The notes under the pieces: model-generated
What the model was told of the DNA's origin: nothing
The model's input: the letters and a program-made list of their open reading frames with translations, nothing else
Databases searched by the model: none
Source of the DNA: a virus
Direction: 5' to 3' (one strand)
Length of the DNA: 45,226 nucleotides
Virus record (IMG/VR): IMGVR_UViG_3300035181_001114
Location: 1-45,226 of that record
Made by a program: the position numbers and the translations under genes
Shown: positions 18,448 through 28,537 of the stretch, piece after piece
How the letters are laid out: each line of letters starts with the position of its first letter
Position numbering within the stretch: position 1 is the stretch's first letter

Positions 18448-18813
18448 ATGACACAATCACCATTGATACAAAATGGCGAGCTAGTTTTAACCGATCAAGG
18501 ATTGTTACAGGCTGCACCAGATATACAAACGCAAATGAATATTTCTGTTAGTGCGTATGATTGTATTTATAATTCAAAGCTTCAAAGTGACTTAATCCCT
18601 TATTTATCTGGTATACCAAGAGGTGGCTGGAATCTCAATGCAATTAATAATATTGTTGTAGCTGCTTATGCATTAACAATGATACCGCAAAAATTAATAT
18701 CAAATCTAACCGTTACAACTATACCGCAAACGTTAAATTTTATTACAATAAAAATATCAGCATTAGATCGCGAAAATAACCCGATTCAATTAACATGGAA
18801 TAATGCACAATGA
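18448..18813 (+). CDS. Small baseplate wedge protein (gpW/gp25/XkdS-like)
   Basis: 121 aa, immediately before the Baseplate_J-like gene, with overlapping stop/start. Confidence 0.4.
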   Translation: MTQSPLIQNGELVLTDQGLLQAAPDIQTQMNISVSAYDCIYNSKLQSDLIPYLSGIPRGGWNLNAINNIVVAAYALTMIPQKLISNLTVTTIPQTLNFITIKISALDRENNPIQLTWNNAQ

Positions 18814-20084
18814 CAACACCTGTAACAATTAACTCTTTACAAAATGATTATTTAACCTATTTGCAAGCTCAAAGCTCACAAATAAATGCGTTTTCGCCAA
18901 ATACATATTGGTCAATTCAAGCGGGCGCGATGGCTGCTACGTTATTAGATTTATATGGTAATTTAAATTTAGTACAAAATTCGATTTATGTTCAAAATTC
19001 ACAAGGCAATCAATGTGATTTATGGTTGTATTCACGCGGCTTAACAGCCAGAGGCGGTCAAACTTATGGTACTATTGATACTACAGTTATAAGTAGTGTA
19101 CCCGTTACAATTCCGGCTAATACAATATTTACAGATAATAGTTCCAATAATCAATATCAAACACTTCAAGAGGTGATTATTCCAGATAATGTCACTGTTT
19201 TAACTTTATACGCAATACAACCCGGCAACAATTACATTGAACCAACAGGAGCAACCTTGGCCGCAGGTAATATTACAGTTACAGTTTTAACAAGTACAAA
19301 CGGACAATTATTAGAGTCAGATCAAAGCTGTATTGCACGTACATTGCAATCTGTTCGTGTACCGCAGGGTGGATCTAGAACAACGGATTATTTTGAATTT
19401 TGTTTGCAATCTAATCAAACATTACCTATTCCATTAGTGACAAATGCAATTATTGAACCTAATTTTATAACAATTAATTCAGTTAATATTTTGGGAGCTT
19501 TTGTACTTGTTGGCACCGCAATCACAGAGTATCAATTAAATAAAGGTTTATTGCCAGCAACTACTTTTGTGGGATATAGTAGGCAGGCGCCAACTTATGT
19601 TATAAATAACGCTAATACATTTATACAATCACAAAGATTAGTTGGTTTGACAGTTATAACGGGTACGACTATTACATATCTAGCAACAAATAGCGGTTCA
19701 CCATTTAATTTAACTGTATCATTGGTGGAGGGATATACTTTATCTACACCAATAACAGTAGAATCGCAAGATAATAATGATAATCCAATTACCATCACAC
19801 TAACGGTAACACAATTAATTCAGCGGGAAACGCGTAGAGCTATATGTAATCAGCCTTTTGGCGGAGTTAATATAGGTGGCCAAAATTATATAACTACTGA
19901 TAGTATTATATATGCGTTAAATATTCAACTATCTGCGACAAATGGCGCGCTGGCTCAAATATTAACGAATATATCAACATCTAATGCAGATATAGTAATA
20001 CCTAATTTAGATTATTCAGGAGTGGATTTATATTATACATATGATGTAACCGATTATAGTGATATAGAAATAACGGCGGTATGA
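18810..20084 (+). CDS. Baseplate J-like protein (P2 gpJ / Mu gp47)
   Basis: 424 aa. The N-terminal pattern FSPNTYWSIQAGAMAATLLDLYGNLNLVQNS...LWLYSRGLTARGG...IPANTIFTD follows the Baseplate_J layout. Confidence 0.55.
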   Translation: MTTPVTINSLQNDYLTYLQAQSSQINAFSPNTYWSIQAGAMAATLLDLYGNLNLVQNSIYVQNSQGNQCDLWLYSRGLTARGGQTYGTIDTTVISSVPVTIPANTIFTDNSSNNQYQTLQEVIIPDNVTVLTLYAIQPGNNYIEPTGATLAAGNITVTVLTSTNGQLLESDQSCIARTLQSVRVPQGGSRTTDYFEFCLQSNQTLPIPLVTNAIIEPNFITINSVNILGAFVLVGTAITEYQLNKGLLPATTFVGYSRQAPTYVINNANTFIQSQRLVGLTVITGTTITYLATNSGSPFNLTVSLVEGYTLSTPITVESQDNNDNPITITLTVTQLIQRETRRAICNQPFGGVNIGGQNYITTDSIIYALNIQLSATNGALAQILTNISTSNADIVIPNLDYSGVDLYYTYDVTDYSDIEITAV

Positions 20085-21070
20085 GTGTGATAGTAAAAGC
20101 ATCAATTAATAATTTGCCATTAATCGGAAATGTTTTACCGATTTATATGACAGTAATATTAAATGATAATAGTTTAAATCAAATAACTATCACATCTTTA
20201 AAAACATTATATGGTAATGTAACATTACATCAGCCAAATGTTCTTATAATTAATGATGTTAACCCTATCGCTGTTTTAGTAATTGGGACATATTCCGGTA
20301 CTGAATATATAAATATTATTTATTTAAACGGTATTCGACAACCACAAACCCCAAATAATTTTGCTAAATTAGTTCAAAAAATACCAAAAGGTATATTTAA
20401 TGATATAACTACCGAAACAGTGGTGGGGCAAGATTTTAACGCTAGGGCATTAATGATTAATGATTATTATGATCAATATTTTAATGTAGCAAAACAAGTG
20501 TATTCTTTTAATTATTCTCCACAATTGGAGTTTGAATATAACGGTACAGTAGGTTTATTGAGTAATAACTATGATAGCACAAACTTATTTTTGTGGTTTA
20601 GCTCATTGAATATTGTAGCATTAAATAGTTATGATTTAGAATTAGCAATAAGTCAATATATTTGGTTTAGACTTGGCATAAGTAGTCCTGTATATATTAA
20701 TGATCATGTATTTAGCGTAGAGGGATATTGGAATTTAGGGATACCAACTTTAACAGAATTAGATTCAACAACTATTTTGGCGCCTGAAAGTGTAGCACCT
20801 GCAATATATAATTTAGTCTGGACTATTTATAATAGCAACTCTTTCAGCAATGAATTTAAACAAGAAATTACTAATTTAATTTTAAGAATTAGTCGCGCAG
20901 ATATAGGAAATATTGTTACTTTTAGCAATATTGTTGATCCTCTTGATGATAAGTTTACTCTTGTTGGATATACATATCCAAATGACCCGCGAACATTATA
21001 TAATAAATGCACACAATTTTTAGGTACAGCGGATTACCCGTTGAACATTGTGGCATATATAAAAACTTAA
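20081..21070 (+). CDS. Baseplate/tail protein (gpI / Mu gp48-like by position)
   Basis: 329 aa, overlaps the upstream stop (ATGA). Assigned by synteny only. Confidence 0.35.
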   Translation: MSVIVKASINNLPLIGNVLPIYMTVILNDNSLNQITITSLKTLYGNVTLHQPNVLIINDVNPIAVLVIGTYSGTEYINIIYLNGIRQPQTPNNFAKLVQKIPKGIFNDITTETVVGQDFNARALMINDYYDQYFNVAKQVYSFNYSPQLEFEYNGTVGLLSNNYDSTNLFLWFSSLNIVALNSYDLELAISQYIWFRLGISSPVYINDHVFSVEGYWNLGIPTLTELDSTTILAPESVAPAIYNLVWTIYNSNSFSNEFKQEITNLILRISRADIGNIVTFSNIVDPLDDKFTLVGYTYPNDPRTLYNKCTQFLGTADYPLNIVAYIKT

Positions 21071-21082
21071 GGAATAAAAAAC

Positions 21083-22249
21083 ATGGATAATCAACAATCA
21101 TATTGGTATACGGATCAAGTTGTAACTGCCATCCAAATGAATGACTTTAGTCAAGATTTATATGCGCGGTTAACTGATATAACAGAACAGCAAGCGCCCT
21201 GTATTTTAAATATTGGTGCAATTAGTCAAGCAGGTAGTAATGTAACTATTGGCGCTGGAGCATTTAGATTTGCAGATGCACATTATGCGTTTTTGCCATA
21301 TGACACTGGTATTTTTGGTAATGCGCCAAGTGCAACCATCGCAGTAACCGGGAATGGTTTTGTTGTTGCCAGATACTCTATTATGCCAACATCAGCCAAT
21401 CAAACAAATTATACTTTTCTAACTCAATATTTATTTGTAGCTAGCGTCAATCCGATTACAGATGTAGTGGTTGCTGTAATAACTAGTGGGGTAATTAGTG
21501 GCTATGGAACTTATTTAAATTATTATCCTGACATACAAGATGATACTTTTACAAATACTGTATCCATTACTGGCGTCGGCGGCTTAAGTGTTCCAAATGG
21601 TACTACTTCAGTTACCGATTTTCTATCTTCTTACACTTCTATGGGGATTACGAGTTCAATATCCAATAATAGTCTTAATTCAACGATAATGAGTGAAAAT
21701 AATTCCTTGGGAAATTATGCTCAGCTTATAGTTGCCGGTGGAAGCTCTAATTCTGTAGTGCAATCAAATGCATATACTGCAGGCGTGCTTCAATATACTA
21801 TGAATGTTGAAAATGATAGACGCCCATCCATAGCGGTTAGTGGAACAGGCTCAACTTCCGGAGTTCCCACTTCTGATGATATTGTAGTTGGTCAAAATTT
21901 ACCTAAGACTCAAGCATTTACAGTAAATGACAGTGCGGGCAATACATGGGCGCTTACTTGCATTGATTTGGCTGGCGGTGGGTTTCCATCAGATAATTTT
22001 TTAATTTCTGGAAATTGCGGATATGGTTACGCTGCTTCTACATCTTCTCGCACTATTGATTTAGTAGGCGCTGGTATAGGTGTAAGTGGTGGTGTATCTA
22101 TTGGGGCAGTAACATCTTTGCAAAATCCTACCTTAGCTGGAAATTTTACTAATTTTGTAATTGCAGTTTCAAGATCTGTTGTTATAATTGATACAATTGC
22201 AGCAATGGGAGGAACGATAGGAGTTACATTTTTTGGAATAGTGTATTAA
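21083..22249 (+). CDS. Structural protein of unknown role (baseplate/fibre associated)
   Basis: 388 aa, Ser/Thr/Gly/Asn-rich, with an AAGGAA RBS. Confidence 0.3.
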   Translation: MDNQQSYWYTDQVVTAIQMNDFSQDLYARLTDITEQQAPCILNIGAISQAGSNVTIGAGAFRFADAHYAFLPYDTGIFGNAPSATIAVTGNGFVVARYSIMPTSANQTNYTFLTQYLFVASVNPITDVVVAVITSGVISGYGTYLNYYPDIQDDTFTNTVSITGVGGLSVPNGTTSVTDFLSSYTSMGITSSISNNSLNSTIMSENNSLGNYAQLIVAGGSSNSVVQSNAYTAGVLQYTMNVENDRRPSIAVSGTGSTSGVPTSDDIVVGQNLPKTQAFTVNDSAGNTWALTCIDLAGGGFPSDNFLISGNCGYGYAASTSSRTIDLVGAGIGVSGGVSIGAVTSLQNPTLAGNFTNFVIAVSRSVVIIDTIAAMGGTIGVTFFGIVY

Positions 22250-22963
22250 ATGGCAACAACACTAAGCACATTAAACAGTATAAATGAGATAGCGTATCTA
22301 ACGGGTATATTTAATTGGCAAATGAATAATGCTAGTTATACAAACCCTAACGATTCGACCGTGTCATTTATGGTAGTTGATACTCAACAAGTACCAATTG
22401 AGCAGTATGTAAATGGTGCTGTTAATGCGTTTAATTTATTTACGGGTGGTAGCTCGGTTGACCCTAACACATTTTTGTTTAATACTAGTTTATATGCTCA
22501 AGGTGTCAGAGAATCTATAAGACGGAAATATGTATTAAATAGAGTACCGTTAGCCAATTATGATGTGCCAGTTGATTTGGGTGTGGGCTCTCAAAATATA
22601 ACGTTTAATGTAGTTTTTGCTGGTACAATGTATCAAAGTGCAATGCGTAATTTTGTACAAGCATTATTCAACAATGAGACTGGTGGATTAGGGACTTTAA
22701 CACATCCATTTTATCAAAAAATAATGAATGTGCTTCCCATTTCTTTTGATGTTAGTTATACATTTGATAGTTTAAATTGCATGATTTGCGAAGTTACTTT
22801 TTTAACATCAGATATTACACATTTAGATCCGGGTAGCATAAATACGACTACAACCAGCGAGATATCACAATATTTTATTGGCACTCAAAATGCTGTTACT
22901 TCAATCGGTGGCACAATTTCGGCTACTCGTGCAATTGGCAATAACTTGGTGGGTGGGCTATGA
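22250..22963 (+). CDS. Mu gpN (DNA circularisation protein N-terminal domain)-like tail protein
   Basis: YDVPVDLGVGSQNITFNVVFAGTMYQSAMRNFVQALFNNETGGLGTLTHPFY resembles the conserved DNA_circ_N core (eDlG...f.l...f.G..y...L..al...G.L.hP). Confidence 0.4.
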   Translation: MATTLSTLNSINEIAYLTGIFNWQMNNASYTNPNDSTVSFMVVDTQQVPIEQYVNGAVNAFNLFTGGSSVDPNTFLFNTSLYAQGVRESIRRKYVLNRVPLANYDVPVDLGVGSQNITFNVVFAGTMYQSAMRNFVQALFNNETGGLGTLTHPFYQKIMNVLPISFDVSYTFDSLNCMICEVTFLTSDITHLDPGSINTTTTSEISQYFIGTQNAVTSIGGTISATRAIGNNLVGGL

Positions 22964-23481
22964 ATAATACATTTATAATTGATTCATTAACGATAATATT
23001 AAATACATATTTATCAATGCGGGCATATTTTTATCAACGAATAAATCAAACAGTATATACAAATCAAGCATTGGGCAAGTATGTTATAGATTATACTTTA
23101 TTGTTACCATCTTCAGAATTTATATTTAATTTGAATGAAAGTCAGGTTAATGCTCAAATTCAAGAATATATTGATATTTGCAATGTGTTAGTTGATTATT
23201 TAACAACTAATGTTACCACGCAAACTAATTTGTTTTTTGAAAATATTCAAAATCAATTAAATTATAGCATTACTCAAATTAATGGTTTTTCTGTTGCTTT
23301 GTTACGCGCAGAGTATGCTAATTTATTTACTTACACAGTGCCATACGATATGAGTTTATCAGTAGCTATGTATTTAAATAATATAAATTTCAACACTTAT
23401 AATTTTCAAGTACAATTAAATGCTACACTTGGAGATTTAAATAACATTCGTCAAAATGTTAAAATGGTTTTATCTAAATAA
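22960..23481 (+). CDS. Hypothetical structural-module protein
   Basis: 173 aa with an ATGA overlap to the upstream gene. Confidence 0.4.
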   Translation: MNNTFIIDSLTIILNTYLSMRAYFYQRINQTVYTNQALGKYVIDYTLLLPSSEFIFNLNESQVNAQIQEYIDICNVLVDYLTTNVTTQTNLFFENIQNQLNYSITQINGFSVALLRAEYANLFTYTVPYDMSLSVAMYLNNINFNTYNFQVQLNATLGDLNNIRQNVKMVLSK

Positions 23482-23496
23482 GGGGGTACAAAAATA

Positions 23497-23895
23497 ATGA
23501 GAACAAATATTTTACTAGCAGCAAATGGAACATTACTAAATCCAAATCAAAATAATTTTATAATTACAAGTTCAATCAATGGCAATGCGGGATATACACA
23601 ATTTCAAAATCAAATTACTGCATGTTTTTATAATCAAGTTACGCAATTAGATAACGGTTTGTATGTACCACTCAAATCAAGTGTTATAAAAGCTGGGCTA
23701 TCTGGCACAATACAAATAAAAGCATTTGCAGCGGATGATGCACCATATGCTACTGATATTACGCCAACCGATAGCATTAATATTGCATCAACTTGTATCT
23801 TACAATTTTATGGAGTTGTAGAATCATTAAATATAACTTGTACTGGAATCACTGGCGCAGCATTCATTAATCTTTTAATTGATCGGAGTTATTAA
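23497..23895 (+). CDS. Hypothetical structural-module protein
   Basis: 132 aa with a GGGGG RBS, directly upstream of tail fibre 1. Confidence 0.4.
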   Translation: MRTNILLAANGTLLNPNQNNFIITSSINGNAGYTQFQNQITACFYNQVTQLDNGLYVPLKSSVIKAGLSGTIQIKAFAADDAPYATDITPTDSINIASTCILQFYGVVESLNITCTGITGAAFINLLIDRSY

Positions 23896-23971
23896 GATGA
23901 GTAACACATATCCAAATGGCGGGAATATATATCCTAATCCAACCTCTGGAGGTGGAGGTGGTGCAACTGCT
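23894..23971 (+). repeat. 78-bp direct repeat, copy 1 (5' end of fibre gene 1)
   Basis: aagATGagtaacacatatcc...ggtgcaactgct is identical to 25764-25841 apart from one synonymous T/C difference (23935 vs 25805). Confidence 0.9.
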
Positions 23972-25723
23972 GATGCGACTTATATTACTAAATTAAATGA
24001 GATTGTAGCTTTGCCTAATTCCCTACCACTATCTAGTCTTGCAAGTGGCCTACTTGCAAATACTACAGGAACTGGTGATTTAAATCCTGTTACATTAACG
24101 GGTACAATAAATCAAATAACAGTATCCGGGGGTGATGGTTCATCTACGCCAACATTTAGCCTCTCGTCAACGTTAATTTTTCCGGGAACTATAACATTGG
24201 GGGGGGCTTTAAATACAGCTGGTAATACTATATCACAAGATAGCGGTTCAATGAATTTAACAGCGCCCTCAAGTATTGATTTAATTACCCCATTTGCTTC
24301 AATGAATGGATTACGACATTATGGCGAATCAACAAATAAAATTCTTTTTGGCACGGGGATACAACAATTTCTACCAGATAATTTTTTACAATTTCAAATT
24401 AGTGCAAATGGAATTAATCTAGCTTCTGGGCCCACAGTTAATAGTATAACAACAAGCTCTACTAGTACGTCAACAACTGCTTTAATGACTGCGAATACTA
24501 TCCAATCTGCTATAGCTTCCGCTATTGTATCGGGTAAATCTTTCCGTGGTGGTTGGGATGCATCGGGCGGTTTATATCCTGCTACGGGCGGTAGTGGTGT
24601 CGGTGGTGCGATAAATATGGGTGATTGGTGGTATATAACGATTGGAGGAACGGTCGGCACAAATCCAGTCCAACCCGGAGATCAGATTTATGCTTTACAA
24701 GATATCCCGGGTCAAATTGATGCGAATTGGTTAGTTGTTATTTCAAAAGTCGATAGCGTATTTGGAAGAACCGGAGACGTGGTTGCTACAATTGGGGATT
24801 ATAATTTTAATCAATTATCAGGAAGTGCCAGTTTATTGCAAGGCGGTACGGGGAATACCACTGTAGGCGCTACTGGAACTTTCGCATATTCCGACGGTAC
24901 AAAATATGTTTTTAGCGCTATGGCTGTTCCTCTTATCGCTGGAACTGCTGGAACGTATTGGCGCTCAAACGGTACAGCAGTTCTATCTAGTACGATACAA
25001 GCCGCGGATGTGCCAACGCTTAATCAAAATACAACGGGGCAGGCTGGAAGTGTTGCAAATGCTGCTACATTTAATAATAGCGGCACAGGTGATGCAAGTG
25101 GCTCCGCATTCGATGGTTCTGCTGCTAGAACCATTTCATACAATACTTTCGGAGCATCTCCTCTCGCTGGAAGCTCGTCATTAACAACGGTAGGAACGCT
25201 AACAAGCGGGGTTTGGAATGCTACTCCAATTACGGCCGCATATGGAGGTGCTTCGTATGGAATATTTGTTCCTTTTTTAGCAAATAAAATTATAAGTGGA
25301 CCGGATTGGGATACCGTTCCCTTTGGAACTGATACAGCAAAAGGAATATGTCCGGGCGGTGTATCTGCCGCACAATTTGTTTACCATTATTTTTTATATT
25401 TAAAAGTTGGAATTACTTATAGATTTAGTTTCTCTGCTTTAAAATTTAATTCAGCTGGCATCTTACAATTTTCAGTTCAATCAAGTAATCAATCAGTAAC
25501 ATATAATACTTTATCAAGTGTAGATTTATATTCCTCTTCAGCGGGAGTAGTGTCGATAAATAAACAAACATTTACATTTTCTCCCAGTGGCTTTAACGCT
25601 GGAGATTGGGTTGAATGTACATTTGTTTATTCTTGTTCAACTAAAAACGTTTCGTCAAGTGGCTATTTTGCGCCGGTGATTGATGGAAACGCTGGATTTT
25701 CATTTTATGAAAAATATAGCTAA
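23897..25723 (+). CDS. Tail fibre 1
   Basis: ATG 23897 follows GGAG (the track start at 23879 is upstream). Gly/Ser/Thr/Asn-rich fibre-like sequence (LNQNTTGQAGSVANAATFNNSGTG...). It shares a 25-aa N-terminus with the next gene. Confidence 0.65.
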   Translation: MSNTYPNGGNIYPNPTSGGGGGATADATYITKLNEIVALPNSLPLSSLASGLLANTTGTGDLNPVTLTGTINQITVSGGDGSSTPTFSLSSTLIFPGTITLGGALNTAGNTISQDSGSMNLTAPSSIDLITPFASMNGLRHYGESTNKILFGTGIQQFLPDNFLQFQISANGINLASGPTVNSITTSSTSTSTTALMTANTIQSAIASAIVSGKSFRGGWDASGGLYPATGGSGVGGAINMGDWWYITIGGTVGTNPVQPGDQIYALQDIPGQIDANWLVVISKVDSVFGRTGDVVATIGDYNFNQLSGSASLLQGGTGNTTVGATGTFAYSDGTKYVFSAMAVPLIAGTAGTYWRSNGTAVLSSTIQAADVPTLNQNTTGQAGSVANAATFNNSGTGDASGSAFDGSAARTISYNTFGASPLAGSSSLTTVGTLTSGVWNATPITAAYGGASYGIFVPFLANKIISGPDWDTVPFGTDTAKGICPGGVSAAQFVYHYFLYLKVGITYRFSFSALKFNSAGILQFSVQSSNQSVTYNTLSSVDLYSSSAGVVSINKQTFTFSPSGFNAGDWVECTFVYSCSTKNVSSSGYFAPVIDGNAGFSFYEKYS

Positions 25724-25763
25724 AACATTATGATGAAATAATAGAATAATAAACAGGATTTAA

Positions 25764-25841
25764 AAGATGAGTAACACATATCCAAATGGCGGGAATATAT
25801 ATCCCAATCCAACCTCTGGAGGTGGAGGTGGTGCAACTGCT
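25764..25841 (+). repeat. 78-bp direct repeat, copy 2 (5' end of fibre gene 2)
   Basis: See 23894-23971. Confidence 0.9.
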
Positions 25842-27461
25842 TTAACCGTTATATCTGGTGATGGTACTGTGGTGCAAAATGGGCTATCATCTTATGATTC
25901 TGGCACCCAAACAATTACTGTAGATTTAGCGGCTACCGCATCATTAAACGCGCATTCACCTTTTATTGCATTTAATCAATTAACAGATGCACCATTTAAT
26001 AATAATTATCAATTTTCAGCTTATGGAGATGGTATATTTTTAACATGCACTGCGGCTGGAGATGGTACCGGGGTATTGTCTTATACAATAGATAACGGTA
26101 AAACTTGGATAACAGGCACACCAATTAATGCCGGAATTACAAAAATTACCGGAATTGCTTACGGAAATGGTACTTGGGTAATAGTAGGTGATGCTGGGCA
26201 ATATGCGTATTCATATAATTTGACGATTTGGCAAAATAGTTTTTTTGATATGGGTATTAATTCTGTCAATGATATAACTTTCGGTAATGGTTATTTTGTT
26301 GTAGTCGGAAATGGTGGGCAGTGTAGTACATCTACAGACGGTAATAATTGGGTACCAATTACGCTACCGTCTTCGGATGATTATACAAATATAGCGTATG
26401 CAGATTTTTTTGGTTTTGGAAATCCTTATGCCCCTACATTTGTGGCAATTTCTATTAATAGCGGTAGTACGGCTTACAGTATAACAAATGGACAATATTG
26501 GCAATCTACAACACCTTTACCGATAACAACATACACGGCGGCTAAATTATGTGCAAGCCCAACGTTATTTTTATTGATCGATACAGGAGGCGGAACGCCA
26601 ACAAATGATTATATGTATTTTGATTATTTTGGCGTATGGACTGATGGTTCGGCCAATCCATTCCCAACTGCTGAAACATGGAGTGGGGCTGCTTATGACC
26701 CAATTAATAGAGTTTTTTTGTTATTTGGCTCTGATGGTTTTTCTACAACAGCGGTGCAAGGTGTATTATCATCTCCAGATTCGTCCACATATTCGTTAAC
26801 ATGGTCATCTATAACGCAACCACAGGCGGCAAAATGGCTGACTCCTGTTTATGGTGCATTTGGTTTTATGTCATTTAATACATTAAATGCAGCTAATGCA
26901 TATTTTGCTTTTTGGTCTTTTGCTCCGCAAATAGATGGTGAAGCGGGAAATAATCAAATAGTTAGTCAAAATGATTTAGCAATCGGCCTTAATTTTTTTG
27001 CAAAAAAATTACCTTCAGAGGGTAATCCGGTAGTTTCTCAATTAGTTTCATTTTTAAATAATTTTAGTTACTCGTCCGGTAATAATCAAGTTTTAAAATT
27101 TGATACAATAGTAGGGAGCGGGATGGCTAATCTTTATAATACAATTAGTGGGAATTTTGTTGTGCCATATTCAGGTATATATTTAATTCAACTGCAAGGA
27201 CAATGCACAAGCAATTCTGTAACTGCTTTAAAATTAATATCAATAATAGGCGCTTTTAATTATTTGGTTGGGTATACTCGTCCGTTAGTTAATAACTCAA
27301 GCGGTTCCACTGATAGCTGTGTTTTTTCTACCTGTTTAACTTTAGTCGCTGGTGCACAATTTCAGGTGCAATTTGATGCAAACGCGTCTGGTGATTGGGA
27401 GGCTGGAGTTGGTGCGCAAAGTCTCTATACAACAAATATAATGGTCACTTTTATTGGATAA
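25767..27461 (+). CDS. Tail fibre 2: shared N-terminal anchor, Asp-box propeller and C1q-like C-terminal domain
   Basis: Same MSNTYPNGGNIYPNPTSGGGGGATA N-terminus as fibre 1. The middle has repeats (IDNGKTWI, STDGNNWV, ITNGQYWQ). C-terminal KFD...LYNTISGNFVVPYSGIYLI matches the C1q spacing (FD..Y...SG.F.....G.Y). Confidence 0.65.
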   Translation: MSNTYPNGGNIYPNPTSGGGGGATALTVISGDGTVVQNGLSSYDSGTQTITVDLAATASLNAHSPFIAFNQLTDAPFNNNYQFSAYGDGIFLTCTAAGDGTGVLSYTIDNGKTWITGTPINAGITKITGIAYGNGTWVIVGDAGQYAYSYNLTIWQNSFFDMGINSVNDITFGNGYFVVVGNGGQCSTSTDGNNWVPITLPSSDDYTNIAYADFFGFGNPYAPTFVAISINSGSTAYSITNGQYWQSTTPLPITTYTAAKLCASPTLFLLIDTGGGTPTNDYMYFDYFGVWTDGSANPFPTAETWSGAAYDPINRVFLLFGSDGFSTTAVQGVLSSPDSSTYSLTWSSITQPQAAKWLTPVYGAFGFMSFNTLNAANAYFAFWSFAPQIDGEAGNNQIVSQNDLAIGLNFFAKKLPSEGNPVVSQLVSFLNNFSYSSGNNQVLKFDTIVGSGMANLYNTISGNFVVPYSGIYLIQLQGQCTSNSVTALKLISIIGAFNYLVGYTRPLVNNSSGSTDSCVFSTCLTLVAGAQFQVQFDANASGDWEAGVGAQSLYTTNIMVTFIG

Positions 27462-27474
27462 GAAAGGTTTTATT

Positions 27475-27912
27475 ATGCAACAAGTTTTTCAAATGGGTTT
27501 ATTGGCCTGGTTTTTTTTTAGTTTATATGCTGTATTCAATGACCCTACTTTAAGTAATTCATTAAAAGGAATAGGGGAAATCACGAATTTATTGGCAATT
27601 GGTTACATTACTTCAAATATGTTTTCTCAAAATGAAAGTTTATTATTTTATGAAATTGGTATTTTATTATTAATTTGGTATTTATATTACACTCCGAAAG
27701 ATATAGCTAATCCGGGTTATACACATAAGCAAAAGTTTATTTATGTATTAGTTGATCTTTGCATGATACTTTATTTAATTACAACGCTCAGCGTTGCATT
27801 TAAAACAAAACAAATGGCTCATTTTTACACTCAGATAGATAATTTTAAAGATAATTTTAAATTTAATGTAGCAATAAATTACTTCTTAAGGGGTTTAATA
27901 TGTTTAATTTAA
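27475..27912 (+). CDS. Multi-pass membrane protein (holin-class or other lysis/exclusion role)
   Basis: ATG 27475 follows AAAGG. About 4 hydrophobic segments (LLAWFFFSLYAVF, LLAIGYITSNMF, IGILLLIWYLYY, FIYVLVDLCMILYLITTLSVAF). It is the first gene of the lysis cluster. Confidence 0.4.
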   Translation: MQQVFQMGLLAWFFFSLYAVFNDPTLSNSLKGIGEITNLLAIGYITSNMFSQNESLLFYEIGILLLIWYLYYTPKDIANPGYTHKQKFIYVLVDLCMILYLITTLSVAFKTKQMAHFYTQIDNFKDNFKFNVAINYFLRGLICLI

Positions 27913-28277
27913 GTCCTTACGAAACAATGACGATAATTTTTGGTGCTGGTTTTTTTGTGTGCACATTGGGATATATTAACAAAGAATTTAAAACTTTTAA
28001 CAAAGATTTTGAATATTTTAAAACATTAATTTTACAAAATTTTGAAAAACTTGAAGATAAAGTTGACGAAGTGAAACTGGAGCAAGTTCAGCATCAATCT
28101 ATTACTAACACTAAAGTAGATCAAATTCAGCATGATATTAAAAATATTAGAGGGTTAAATACTGTAAAAAATAATTTGATTGAACGAATTGAGAAATCTA
28201 CGTTAGAAAATCTTTTAAAACAACAAATGTTGGAAGAAAAAATTAATAATATTGAAAGAGAAAGGCGTGCGATATGA
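27900..28277 (+). CDS. Single-pass membrane protein with a coiled-coil ectodomain
   Basis: N-terminal TM segment MTIIFGAGFFVCTLGYI followed by K/E/Q-rich heptad-like sequence. Overlapping start and stop codons on both sides. Confidence 0.4.
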   Translation: MFNLSPYETMTIIFGAGFFVCTLGYINKEFKTFNKDFEYFKTLILQNFEKLEDKVDEVKLEQVQHQSITNTKVDQIQHDIKNIRGLNTVKNNLIERIEKSTLENLLKQQMLEEKINNIERERRAI

Positions 28278-28537
28278 TTATACATACACCAAAATCATTT
28301 TGTCAATATGGTTGGAAACAATTAAGTACGTGGATAGGATTAGTTTTGCTTGCTATGTTTTTTGTATGTATTTTTTATCAAGACTTACATACATTAGTAC
28401 ATAATGTATTAACAAGCAATAGTCTTTCTGAAAAAATTATTACGGGTCTTGGCGGAGCTGTATTTATTGCATTTAATCGGTTTAATGGTAAAAACGATAA
28501 GGATAATTCAAATGATAATCAATCTCCTGCTGAATAA
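28274..28537 (+). CDS. Holin candidate (2 TM, charged C-terminus)
   Basis: 87 aa. TM segments LSTWIGLVLLAMFFVCIFY and IITGLGGAVFIAF, followed by a polar tail NGKNDKDNSNDNQSPAE. It lies immediately upstream of the spanins. Confidence 0.5.
   Translation: MIIHTPKSFCQYGWKQLSTWIGLVLLAMFFVCIFYQDLHTLVHNVLTSNSLSEKIITGLGGAVFIAFNRFNGKNDKDNSNDNQSPAE

Noticed and set aside
28449-28511. Upstream start (28449) for the i-spanin given by the ORF track
   Set aside because: It would overlap the holin-candidate gene by 89 nt and add a non-membrane N-terminus. ATG 28512 places the TM segment at the N-terminus, as expected for Rz-type spanins.
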